A stretch of 64,000 nucleotides of DNA. Origin: Paragordius varius (taxonomy: Eukaryota > Animalia > Nematomorpha). Location: the NCBI GenBank assembly GCA_964247055.1, contig OZ176053.1:9734001-9798000 (forward strand). The letters are read 5' to 3'. Under the pieces are notes generated by a model. It was not told where the DNA came from. It saw only the letters and a list, made by a program, of their open reading frames with translations, and did no database searches. The translations under genes and the position numbers were made by a program. Within the stretch, counting starts at the first letter, position 1; each line of letters opens with the position of its first letter. Shown here piece after piece: positions 36,890 to 49,928 of this stretch.

Positions 36890-37614
36890 CCATATATGGT
36901 CAAAATTTAAAAATTTCAGATGAAAAAATGAAATTAGTATTTACAGCTGAGTAAAATAAATCATTTTTTACATTAAAAAAACAGCAAAAAAGCTGTAAAA
37001 ATTAAATTTATTTTTAAAAATTTAAGTCCACAAAGCTATTACAAAGTGATATTTATATTTGAACAAACATTATTAACATCCAAGAACATATAATAAAGTT
37101 TGTTTTGTTTTAATAAATTGATAAAAAATATTTGTGTGAAAAAATGTTAAGTTACCCAATTTTTGAGGGTTTTTGCCCCCTAAAACAAAAAGTATTGGAT
37201 ATTTTGAGTAAATTTTTTTTTAGTTTGAAGATAAATTGGTAATTTATTGTAAAAATACTTATGTAAGCCACATATTATTTGTTTACATAGCGAAAAATAT
37301 TTACAAACAAGAAAGTTTTGGATATGTCCAAATATGGAAAAAGTCCCATATCTCGAAAACGAGCTGGGTAAGTAAAAAAAATTTTTACTCAAATCTGATC
37401 ACAATACTATAAGGAATCAGAAAATATTTAGAAAATCGAGTCCAGAAAAAGTTGTGTCACAGTGCCACTATCAAGGGTTTATGACCCAATACATAATATT
37501 ATCTTCAATTAAAAAATATTAAAAACTGTAGAGATAGAAAATAAATAAAATTATAAAAAATTATACAATTTTTATAATTTCAAATAATTCCCAATAACTA
37601 ACATAGCGTTTAAA

Positions 37615-37900
37615 ATCAGTGGGTTAAAAATATCTTAAAGAAATATATTTATTCTGATAGTAAACGTATTAGGATTTTCGTGGTGCTTTTGGTTTTGGCC
37701 CTTATGTGAGATTAAGAAAGTTTTTTTGTGATAACTGCTCTCTATCAAAAACTGGTTAAATTTGTTTGGTGAAAGTTATATGCTTCATTCCAAAAACTAT
37801 CACTAAAAATATTATAAACAACAAAAAAATTATATTTTTATAGAGAGTTTTAGATTTTTGTTCCAAAATGTCTTTTAAAACCGAGATTGAACGAAATCTG
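37615..37900. mobile_element. Terminal fragment of family F foldback element
   Basis: CAGTGGGTTAAAAAATATC...GTGGTGCTTTTGGTTTTGGCCCTTATG resembles the family F arm at 20440-20560. Confidence 0.5.
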
Positions 37901-38639
37901 TTTTTAATATATAAATGCAAAAAAAACATTTTTTTAAATATTCTACTAAAAATTAAAATTTAGGCATAATATAGTTGAAGCGTGTATTTTGAAGCATGGC
38001 CGGTATTAAAAAATTTTAAGGTATTATAAAAAGGCTTAATCCTGAACATATATATCACACCAATTTTGTAAAATTAATTGTCAAACTCTCTTGTATTAAA
38101 TAAATTTTTTTTACAGTTGTGACTTCCAAAGACCATTGTGATACCTCCAAAATACTATTATATCAAGTTTGTGCTGGAAAATTGTAGCCTGAAAGCCTTT
38201 ACGTATATTATATACATTTTTTAATCATAATATACATTTGTTTGCCTGTTACATGGGCGTAAAAAAATATATGAAAATAATGAGGGCAATAAAGTTTGAG
38301 ATGAGGATTTTTTTGCGATTTACATTTATTAAAAAAAATTTTTGTACAATGCGCCTAAAAGAGTAAATCTTAAATAGTTTTATTCAATTTTTTAAAACGC
38401 TCTGGTATATAAAACTACCCCAAAGATAATAGAGTGTTAAAAATTGTTTTTGCGCAACTCGGTATTTTAGCGTTTATTTCCAGGAAATTAAGCCGGAATC
38501 CATAAATCTGCGACTTTCGGAGCCTGCGACTAAAATTATAAAATTGATATAAATATGGTTTTACTTTTTAATAATTGGGTATTGTTTTTAATACTTCGAT
38601 TCAAATTGCTGTGGACCCCAGACCATATTTAAGTTAATA

Positions 38640-39700
38640 ATAAAGACAATCTGCGGAAAGAAATGGTTCCAGTTTAAAATTATGCTATCCTAATAAAAAT
38701 TATATAACTTAGCCAAAGTATTTAAATAAAATTCAATTTTGTAAAAAAATTCCATACAAAACAACTCCAACGGCATTTTTATTTGGCAACATTTTTGCAT
38801 AATACCGTGTTTATATAACACTTTGATTCATAGGGTATCTAAGTACATCAGACTGGATTTAAGTTGAAATTTTAAAAACTATCGAAAGAAACGGTCCCAA
38901 TTTAAATTTATGCCTATATCCTAGTAAAAATTATATTAATAAGCCGAAATATCCAAATATTTAAAAAAATTTCCATATCAAACTACTTCGACGCCATTTT
39001 TATTTTACAACATTTTTGTAAAAGTCGTGTTTATTTGATTTTAAAGCTGAAATGAAAGCTAATTTTTCATTTACATCTAAAAAGTGGTTTATTTTGTATT
39101 ATTTTTTAATTCAGCTAATGCACACATGTCATGTTAAACTTTCACCTTGAAGTTTTACTTAAAAATAAGTAATATCAAGTATTTTCGAATAAATTTTTTT
39201 ATATATTTTGGTTAGAAATGTGCAAATTTTTTGTTTCAAATTATTACATATTTTTTAAATTATTTTATTTTAAACAGGCTTGGGGTATCCAACTACTTCA
39301 ATTTTAATCGAAGGACTGAAATCAATGTGTTGTATCCAAGTGTTACAAGCGCTAAAATTAAAGCTAATTTTGATTTTTTATACCTAACATTGATATGAAC
39401 AGAAAAGGTGGTTTATTTTGCATTATTTTTATAATTAGCTAATACACATACGTCATGTTGAAATTTTTACCTTGAGGTTTATCTATAATTTAAGTTACAA
39501 CATATTTAAATAAGTCTTTTTTATATTTCGGTGCATCAATGTTATACGAGTGCGAACTCTTGCAATGGTTTTGCTCCATATGTTAAAAAATATTTGATTA
39601 TAAGCAGACCTAGGGTCTCCAAAGTTCTTAATTTATATCGGAGGACTGAAATGAATGTGATGTATCCATGTGTTAAATAAAATGTTTGGAATGCATTTAG
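38640..39700. repeat. Dispersed repeat with internal tandem duplications (related copy ~56870-57330)
   Basis: Blocks GAAAGAAA[C/T]GGT.CCA...AAATTTCCATA.CAAAC.ACT.C.ACG.CATTTT (38655, 38884, 56870) and AAAGCTAATTTT...GGTTTATTTTG.ATTATTTT (39055, 39360, 57045) recur. Confidence 0.55.
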
Positions 39701-39822
39701 CCTTCACTAAAAAAAATTATTTAGCAAAATGTGCGCTGTCTGATATGAAACAGTTGCTTTAAAAGTGGTAATAAGTTTCTTGTATCACTCGTAAAACCCT
39801 AAAGTACAATAAGAGACCTGAC

Positions 39823-39830
39823 ATATATAT

Positions 39831-39870
<40 letters not shown>
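39823..39870. repeat. (TA)n microsatellite, one of about ten in the window
   Basis: Direct reading. Others near 11221, 26230, 27806, 31662, 33454, 36709, 48173, 59338 and 59597. Confidence 0.9.
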
Positions 39871-40672
39871 ACATCGTATTCTTTTTTTGTGTGCACAATG
39901 TAATTTAGCATATATTTATAATCGCACAATCTCGCCATTTTCCGTTTATATTTAGTAAGCTTGTCTATTATATAGGGCAAAAAGACTTTAGGAGCTCATC
40001 CATAAATATTATATTGGTTATCTTTTATATTATATGGTGGTATTTTTTAAATACCACAAAAATTTATTTAGTAAAATGTGCGCAAGTTTTTCCATTATAC
40101 ATAGAATAGTTACCAAAAAGTAATAAAATTTCTAACAACTCTTAAAGTCCAAAACCATCATAAGATCCCGGTAAATTATTATCAGGACATTGTGTGCATT
40201 GTCTAAAATTTGTAAAAAAATTATAAAAACTCGGCCAAATTAAACCAAAAAGATTATAAGAACCAGATCGATCATTTATTACCAAAAACGTTTGATATTT
40301 TATTATTTTATTGCATAATTTATTTATCTAATGAAGATCCAATTTTAATTATTATTTTTTTATATTTTGTATCCAAAAAATGAATAAATTAAAACAAATG
40401 ATTATTTGACAAGAAAGCACATCATATTATAAAATGAAATATAAAAATATGATGCAATTATATATGAATTTTATGTTATATCTATAAAAATATAATCAGC
40501 ATTATAGAGGTAGACAAATTAGATTTATCAAAATGTATAATAAATTATATAAAATGATATGATATAAAAGTTGTAATCAAATATTTGCCAAATAGTATCA
40601 AATAAACTATGCAAGATCATAGATAATTTGACTATAAAAAATACAAATATATTTTAACTAAACACGTCTTCA

Positions 40673-43600
40673 TTACATTTCATATCGATCTTTGAAATCA
40701 TCATCATTAATTTTATTTTTTAATAGGGTTAAAACCAGATCTTCAAGCTTATGTTGATATCCTTTGAAAAGGTTATCCAATAACTTTAGGGTAGAACCAG
40801 GAAAACTGGTCAAAGGTATGACTTGAGATATATGAAACAATGTATCCGCTTTTAGTTCATTGAATAGCGTTGTCAAGGATATTGGAAGAATAACTTTTTC
40901 GTTTTTTGGTGAGATGGTAGAAATGGCAGTAGAGGTAGGTTGTTGAGACAAAATTAAATTTGAATGATCTATATACAAAATGTGATGGGAATATAAAGTA
41001 AAATAAATAAAGCTACTACCTAAATTTTTATATTTAGATCCTTTTATTGCATGTATTATTCTAATTGTTATTATATTTGAATACAAAAAAACAAACGTAA
41101 CGAATCCATTTTACCTGTTGATTGAGAAAAATTGCTAGAGGTAGAATTTAAACTAAGTGATTGACTAGGAGGATTGGTTATGAGTGATAAAGCATTTAAT
41201 GAGGTAGATTCTTTTAATGCTAAATTTTCGGGTGGGCTTGAATGGACATCTAAGATAAGAAAAATAAAATTCTCCATATTTTAGTACTGAAATAAAATAG
41301 CTAATCTAAAATCTCTATAAACTAAAAACAAATAGCAAATTTTATATATAGATCAAATATTAAATACCCAAGTTTAAACATGATGTAATCTCATTAGCGG
41401 ATTGGAATTTCAAACAATCAAGTGTCGGTTTTATGCTTTCAATGTCTTCGTGTTTTTGTTGAAAACTAATATTGTAAATAAAATAGAATAATATAAATAT
41501 GTAGTAGAATATGATTAAAATATTAAATATTATTAAAAAGTGAGTATTAATTGGATCTAAAAATATTCTAATTTTTGTCAAAAAGAGGATGCAGATCATT
41601 AAAAAACAATATTTATTTTGTAATAAGAATATCCAATTAACTTAAACGATTAGAATAATTATTTAATTACCATATATAGTTTTGCCTTTCAATAAATCTC
41701 ATATGATATAAAAATATTACAATAATGATGGTTTGGGTTATTTTAGAAGATAATTTTAAAAAATACTTTTTATTACAAATAAACTTATCAAAATGAATCC
41801 AAATGAAAAAAATTGTCCTAAATTTAAAAAGGCAAAAGAGATCAATTAATATTAGTATTCTAACTGTGTGACAAAAATGGGGAAAATGAATCAATCATCA
41901 TTCGATATCTAAAATCTTGATAAAAATATCGAAAAGATATAGGCGGTTAAAATACCAGGATTTTTTTGATTTTTCTGCTATTAGGCAAAATTAAAAAATC
42001 GCATTTTTATCGCATATTAGGTCAAATAAAATTTGATATAATAGATGAAAACGTTCAACAAAATTTTATTTGTGTTAACATAGCATAAGGATAATTCTAA
42101 TCGCAAAATATTATCAACAAAAATTTTGCATTTTTTCGGAGGGTCCGAGAAAGATTCAAGAATATTGGCTAAAAAATCACATTTGGTGTCAAATTTGAAT
42201 CATAAAAACTTATTAAGGTGGGTTTTATTCTTTTGAAAAAATCATATTTTCACTCTATAGAATTTACCCAATATATTGCCTTCAAAAAAATCTAATCCTT
42301 TTTTTGCATCAACGGGGAAGCTGTGATTAATTACAAAACATCCAATAAATATTATAAAAACTTTTTCCATACAATTCGATGCTGAAAAAATAACTTTTAG
42401 GGAACTTTTTTACGCGAAAATCTTAATTATATATTTTTGGCACCATTTTATCTTTAACGGCTTTAGGGCATTAAAAATCCCCAAATTAAAAAACTGAGTC
42501 GATAGATCACTTATCTACATCGAATTGTGGAAGTATTTATAAGATATATATTGGATGTTTTGTAAATTTATACGTAGCTTCCGCTTTGATGCAAATTATC
42601 GAAATATTTTCTTTTTTAAATAAGGCTTAAATTTTTTGAAGGCGATATAATGGGTAATTTCTATATATAGAGTTAATATATGATTGTTTTAATAAATATT
42701 TTTTTGGCTAATACTGTTGAGAATCTTTCTGGCCTACATAAAAATGTAAAATTTTTGTTGATAATATTTTGCGATTAAACATTATTATGCTATGTTAACA
42801 CAAAAAAAATTTTTGACACGTCATCTATTGTATCAAATTTTATTTGACTTATGCGACAAACATCCGATTTTTTGATTTTGAATAGCAGAAAAATTAAAAT
42901 TAACTTTTTTTCTAGTATTTTAACCGAATATATCATTTCGATACTCATCATCCCGAATAGCTATCGAATGATATATGATTCATTAACATTTTTTTTCCGC
43001 TGTCAGTAAACCATAGCTAAAGACAACAAAAATATTAAAGGACCAACTTTAAAGTTTAAAGAGCATTCAGAAAGCTTGAAATATTAAAATCGAATTTAAG
43101 GTAAAAATATAAATTTGTTAATAAACCTACCTTTCAGATATTTTATTCGAGTGGCTATTTGCTTTATAATCCAAAGGTACCAAGGTTTCATTCTTCTTGT
43201 TATAATTTTCCAGTAGCGCTTGTATAAGATATTGCTCCAGTTTAATGTTGTTATCCAGGTGGTTATTTGATAACGCTGATAAAGGATTCATAAAATTTGT
43301 CGCACAAAACGGAAATAGAGATTGACTAGCGAATCCTGGATAAATCATTGAAGACATAGGTATGTTGTTGTTCATTAATGACTGGAATGGATGATTAGGA
43401 AACAAAAATGGATTGAAATTAAGGGTATTATCGTTTGAAGGCATACTTTGTAAAGATTGATGTAGGAAGGGTGTTAGATAGGAGGGTAACATACATTGTT
43501 GTGGGAAGGCAAAGACGTCAGAAGGACATAAAAAATTTTGGTAAACATTTGTATTGTTGTCAACTGTGTTAGTTGAAGTTGATATGTTTATCATAGGTTT

Positions 43601-46600
43601 TGTTGTAATAGTCTGGTTGTTGGTTTGAATTGGCAAGTTTTTACAATAATTAATATCGCTTTTCTTGTGTTGTTCTCCATCAGATAAGAATTCATGATTT
43701 TTTGCATATACCAATTCAAAAGGGACATATGGCGGAGGCTGTTCTTCTACTAAATTTTTAGGTTCGAGTGCACTCTCAGTGAGAGATGATTGCAAAATAG
43801 GTGGACTAGAGTGTTTTGTAACTTTTTTACTACCGGCGGGTTTGAGCAAATACTTTGGGATGGATTTGAGCTTTTTATCACGCGTATTATCACAGTTATC
43901 ATTTTCAATCTTTTCAGTCTTAATGAGATGCTTCTTGTTATCATTGGTTGACTCGGTGACAGTATTGTTAGTGGATGATTTATGCTGATTTACCGTATAT
44001 GATGAATTCATCATGTCTAATTTCTCGTATGATTCATGTGAATATGAACAATTTTTGGCAGTATAAGATGTGTCCCTTTTAAACGCGTGAAAATCCTTTT
44101 TTGGTCCATTTGTGTGAATTGGTGTGAAATTTGCAAATTTCTAAAAATAAAATTTGGCAAACGAGAAATTAAAATTATTAGATAAACGCGCATCAATGCC
44201 AATAATTTGAACCCTAATTAATCAAAAATACCAGTTTATCTAAAACGAAAATATGATGTGGGATTAAAATAGGATAAGGGTCTAAGTATATTTTTCCTCT
44301 GGTCCATATATATATTAACTGGTAATTTATTATCACACAATAATTGTTTTTATTGTGGTTCAAAAAATTATTTTTGATGACAATTTTATTGAAAACAGAG
44401 TGTCCAATTATTTTATTACAATATGTCAAAATAGCAACAAAGATATAACTAAATAAACTGAAAATATGATTGTATACTATTTTTATCTAAAAAAATTAAT
44501 AAAAATATAATTTCATAATAATAATGGATTACATAATTGGTTAGTTAGCAGAGTATTAAAAATAAAAAATGATCAAAAACCATCCCAAAAAACTAACAGT
44601 TTTATCATAAAAAGTTATGGGCCAATCCCGGCTATAAGTTTCAATCCAATGACATATATATATCAATTTTTGTATTATTCCTTGTTTCGAAAATATTTGC
44701 GCATATACTAGACTTTAAATTGGTTTGAAACAATATACCTTAGGAAACATATTATTTTTATGTCAACCTTGGCGGTGCATATGAATGTGTTATTATATAC
44801 TGGCTTATGTTATGAAGTTAAAAAAATCTATCTAATTTAATATTTAATTTATTAATATAATTAACAAATATTTTTCTACCAGGAATTTAATTAATAAAAA
44901 TGTAAAATGTCGGCATTGAGACAATTTTATGACATTCAAATTTAATTCATTCATATGTGGGCCGAATAAAGTTGGCCCATATTTTTAAATTAAACTGGTT
45001 GGTAAAGCTCAACATGATGGTAAAAGTGCCGTTTTTTAAAGAAAAGAAAAATATCCGAAAATCATGTCTTTGAAATACATTTCCGGAAAAAGGTTGGTTC
45101 ATTCGAATTCAATAAAGATTTTTATTTTTTTAATCCACCGAATATAATAAGCCTACTTTTAAACCTAAAATGCCATTTCTTTCAAATAATCAAGTCCCTA
45201 AAAAATAATTGAGGCAGTTTTCGGCCAAGTTATAGCACTAAAACAAATGAACAATAATGATTTTAGTAATCGAAGTAACAAGGCAAAATTTTGGCGCGGC
45301 CTCTGGGCAGGGCTTAAAAAAATGGCCAACACATTAAAATAACGTGGAGCAAATTTTCGGTAAACGTATGAGACCATAGGGATTAAACAAAGGTTTTGGT
45401 TATTTCCCGTAAAAAAGGCAATAATTTAAATCAAGCGTTTTAGAAAGAGCTGGTTAGGGCTCAACCCTGTGAAAAATACGCCATTATAGAATGCGGCTAA
45501 ATAATATCAATAATGGTTTTTTAAGGATTTCCCGTATAAATGGAAAAAATTCAGACAAAAGCCTCGTTAAATTAACCCCTTATATGTTAAATACGCCACT
45601 ATACAAAAATAACATGGCTTAAAGAATTTTGAAAGCTTATGCGACCATATAAATTCGATATGAGATTAATTATTTTAAATAAAAATTTAGGAGCATTTTA
45701 AAATCAGAGGGCCGAACCCACCCTATGTTATATACGACTAAATCCTGGTAGGCTAAATCTATCCCTGTTTATTTTTTGATAAAAAACATATTATCGATTT
45801 ACTAAAGATATTGTCGATTTAGTCCCAAAGCGACGCGTGTTAGGCCACAACTAGTGATCGATAAATATAAATAAATAAGTAGAATGTGACCGGTATTTTT
45901 CTCTAAATGATCATGTTAAAACTAAATTTTATTTGCATGTTAATTATAACTTGAAATATTGGTCAATATATAAAATATAAAAAAAATTCTAGATACTCTG
46001 TTACGAGTAAAAAGTATTAGGCCAAAGCAAGAGCGCTAATTGGCTTAAAGCCGAATAATTTATTATTAACTAGATTTTACATTGTTTTAATCCCCTTTTT
46101 ACAAGATCATTCATTATTCATTAATGCTTGGAAAAAAATTATTTTCAGCCAATTCAAAATGTTAATTAGTAAAATAAGCAAGATAACATATATATAAATT
46201 TGAAAATTTATAAAAAAACACATATTATATGGACTGAGTAGTTGATACAAGTTCAAATTCATTAAACAATAATATTTTTACACCAGACTAAATAAAATTC
46301 ATTTATATAGTTAAACTCAGGTTAAGGGTACAAACAAACAAACAACAATGAACTCTTGACATCTGCAAAAAAATGAAGTACTTACCATGGCTTTAAAAAC
46401 AACACATTATTATGTAAACATTTTTAAGGTGGGTGAGTATATAAATTAATTGAGTATAGTTTCAACACCTACCAAAAAAGCTTAAAAAAATGATATTGAG
46501 ATTTAGGGCCATGTGAATGAGCTAAAAAAATTGGCTTAATCACATGGATCATGGCTTATGAGGCAAAATATGTTTAAAGGAGGTGAATGAGATTTTGAGG

Positions 46601-48170
46601 CGGAAATTTCAAAACTATTTTAAAAAACAAATTATAATGAATATGGATTACACTTCTCGGCATCTATTTGTGGGTCTTATTGAAAAGTATTTTTTATAAT
46701 TATTTATAAATAACAATCTTTTTTCGAATGGATAAATATAATAGGGGTGAAATTTTTCCATATAAAGTATAGAAAATGTGCAACATTAGTGCATACATTA
46801 GAATAAAGCTTGACCTTACTCAAGGAATAGAATTTCTTTAAAAATGTTACGGCATAATGACTTTATTTTATTTCATCACAAATCACCTTTCAAATGCGTT
46901 ATTATATATGTTTAAACACAAAATAAATGTTATTTATTTATCAAGAGTTTTATATATTATTGATAAATCATCTTGGTTGAGAAGCTTATGCTCTGATAAT
47001 CATAATTACAAGCAAAAACAAACCTAAAAATTTAGAGAATTTGAAACTCGTGTAAAAATATAGGCGAGTGTCCTGTTTCTTATTTAATGGAAGTCAACAA
47101 CCTATATATGGGCATGTGTAATTACTTGTTTTGTGTATCTAAACTTGCAGTAGGTTAGAATGTTCTTTTTAAGTTATTCTTTTATTAAAAAAGCCTAAAA
47201 TATATTAACTAGGAGAGAAAAATTAAATTTCCCATTACTAGCTGGCCTGAAAAATAAATAATTTGATACATGTTGAAATTTTTATAATCTACCATATACA
47301 TATTTTGAATTTACTTTTGTTAGGTAATACAGTTTTCATATTCCAAAATTCTTATCAATTCTCGAAAATCTTTTGTAATAACCTTAATCCTAAAAAAAAC
47401 AGTTTCAAAATTTTTTCCATCTCAATAGGATGAGACAAACTTAAAACATATGTTTATACGTTTTCACTTGCTAATTATCTTAAAAGTGGGTCGTAAAGGC
47501 ATTAAAACCGGTCGGACTTAACCCTATGTATAAATGTATGTTAAACCATCTATTAAACAAACTTTATTTTCGTAACTTTTTTAATAAATAAATTTTAAAT
47601 TAACATTTTAATTAAACAAGCGTAAAACAAAAAATTTGATTTTATAAATAGGTTAAAGTGTAAACGTTTGTAGTTACACTATAATTATATTAATATGTAT
47701 GCACATTAAATTGTTAAAGGCGGTTTACTTACTAAATTTTATTAGCAATAAATTTTATTCGGATTGGTTTAAATAAAAAATGATATCATTTTTACAACCG
47801 TTGTTAAGTTCTTTGATCTAATAGAGTGTAGGTATGCGTAAGTAATAAATATGTGCTAAAGATATCTAATGTAATCATGATCAAGTCTGTTCAGTTAGAC
47901 TTACTACACAGCAATGAGTTTCGAAAAAAAGGAAGGATATTTTTACAGTGTACTTTTCTTGTCCATAAAATACGATCAATAAAAAAATGGTTCGTGACAA
48001 TATTATCATGTGTCCGCCTATTAACAGACACATTTAGAGGCCACACAGGTCTCATAGACAAACATAACACACACTTAACATTCAAAAATATTTGAACAAC
48101 GCTATATATAATTATTATTGGAAATAAATTTATAAAAAGAGTTACCTATCCTATAAATAAATTAAAATAG

Positions 48171-48207
<37 letters not shown>

Positions 48208-49928
48208 ACCGAATTAATATCAGGGTCCTTAACAACTCCTACATTTAAATCGTGGAAAGAGATATTCTTGAAATCATTTTCTAAGAATTTAAGTTTAAAT
48301 TCCAATAGCTTTTTATCAATTTCATTGGGTGTTTGAAGTGAATCGTTTGCATCAGTATTTTTTAGCAACTCATTTTCATCAAGGTTTATTGTGTTAAATT
48401 TTGAATAGGAACGCTTAAATGTGTTGGGTTGGGACAATAGTATGTTTGAATGGCTCGCATTTGGGGACGAGAGTGATGTCGTGTTGCCCTGTTTATCAAT
48501 CCTCGATATAGTAGGATGTCGCGAAAATAAACCTTTGTCGGTTAAATTGCAACAATGGTAAACTGGAAGTATGTAACATCTCCACCGTTCAGAATCAAAA
48601 CCCCAATGACAGACCCGTTTTTCAGCTTTTCGGTGAGAATGACAAACAAATTGTTGAGGTGACAATAGTAATTTACAATGGGTACACTGAATGCACGGGG
48701 TGGCGGGTGCAACGTATAATTTGGGGAAAACGGTTCCAACACAACGACCAAAACATTCATGAAAAATGGTAAAAGAATAATCGTTGCTGCATAAATTATT
48801 AGAATTGGATGAAACATGTGTACTCTCAGCCACGATCCCAGAATCAACTAAAGGCTCCTTTTTCCTAGAGCCATGATTGGATTTTAAATAATTTAAGTTG
48901 CTACTGTCTACATTATTTACATCAGTAATGGTAGATGATGAATGTTCATCATGGAACTCATAAATCAAATGTTTTGAATCATTAGTAGGCGATATAAGTT
49001 TTTGTGGGACTATTTCATTAGAACTTAATTTAAGCCGCTTCGATTGAAAATAGGAGGAATAGTGATCGTCTATTTGTCTATTTTCATTGCTTATGTGCTG
49101 ATGCCCATCTCTTAAAAGATAATCACAAAGTCGTTCAGAATCGCTTTTAGTGATCAAACCACAATCTGTAGCAACATATGAAATAATAAAAAATTGTTTT
49201 AACGCAGCCAATTGTTTATCATTGCACCGGGAACAATATATGTGTAGTGCATCACAAGCAGCATTGATATCAATTAAAGTAAAATCTTTAAGCACTGTGT
49301 TAAGAATTTGCGGTAAACACAAACGCTTTTCTCCGCCCACTTCAAAGCATGCGATAACGAACCCTTCTACCGTTGTGAAACTTATTAAAGTTGAGTTTGG
49401 TGAAATAAAAAATTGATTCACAGCGTCAAGTTTTCTATCATATTGAATAGATTTGGGAAACGTTTTTGTATCAACATCTTCGTTAGGAATAGCACCTTCC
49501 AAAAAATGTGTAATAGTTTTTACGATGTAATCATCATGAGTGATTAATTCGGGATTTTTATCACAAAGCTGTGTATCAATTGTAGTCAAGTGTGAAAAAG
49601 AATCAGGGTTGTTTTTGAGTGTTTGATTTTGTCTTAATTCGCATTGATCCCAATTTAATGCGGGTTTGGTGGATCCAATTTTTCCATTTTCCGGATAAAC
49701 GCCAATATTGACCAATTGTTTATAGGCATGATATAAACCATGAGCAGTATTTTGTCTAACGGTAGTTATTTTATCCAGCTCAACCGATTTCTTATAAGGT
49801 TCAATACATGTTCCTATACTTTGGGTAAATGAAGGGGGAATATAAGAATGAGATGTTATAATAGCGTTGCATTTTGATTCTTGCTGTTCATAACGTGTTT
49901 GTTGCCTCGCCTTTGAATGACTGTGCAT
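40673..49928 (-). CDS. SKI: Ski/SnoN family transcriptional co-repressor, ~1085 aa, 5 exons
   Basis: Exons 49928-48210, 44140-43131, 41465-41368, 41249-41115 and 40968-40673 (3258 nt, phase-consistent). Dachshund-homology domain CFEVGGEKRLCLPQILNTVLKDF...CGLITKSDSERLC. SAND/Smad4-binding domain HECFGRC...CIQCTHC...FVCHSH...CHWGFDSERWRCYI. Confidence 0.9.
41862..43005. mobile_element. ~1.1-kb degenerate foldback element in Ski intron 2
   Basis: Arms of ~500 bp are inverted copies (GTGTTAACATAGCATAA / TTATGCTATGTTAACAC; CAAAACATCCAATA / TATTGGATGTTTTG). The left end AACTGTGTGACAAAAATGGGG resembles CACTGTGCAACAAAATATGGGG of the 30997 element. Confidence 0.7.

Larger units (their letters stand above)
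30997..37464 (+). mobile_element. 6468-bp Transib/Chapaev3-like non-autonomous DNA transposon with long TIRs and nested cargo
   Basis: Both ends read 5'-CACTGTG inward (30997-31003; CACAGTG on + at 37458-37464). Exact 5-bp TSD CCACT (30992-30996, 37465-37469). Highly similar inverted repeats of ~570 bp (30997-~31570 vs ~36903-37464). Internal transposase remnant in + orientation. Confidence 0.9.

Noticed and set aside
31060-37392. Paired ORFs 31080-31400 (+), 31060-31341 (-) and 37180-37392 (-)
   Set aside because: They are translations of the two TIR copies of the transposon, not genes.
48542-49416. Alternative-frame and antisense ORFs overlapping Ski, SPSB and ADGRA exons (e.g. 48542-48847, 49150-49416, 15167-15502, 22861-23091)
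   Set aside because: These are shadow ORFs of real coding exons with no motif support.
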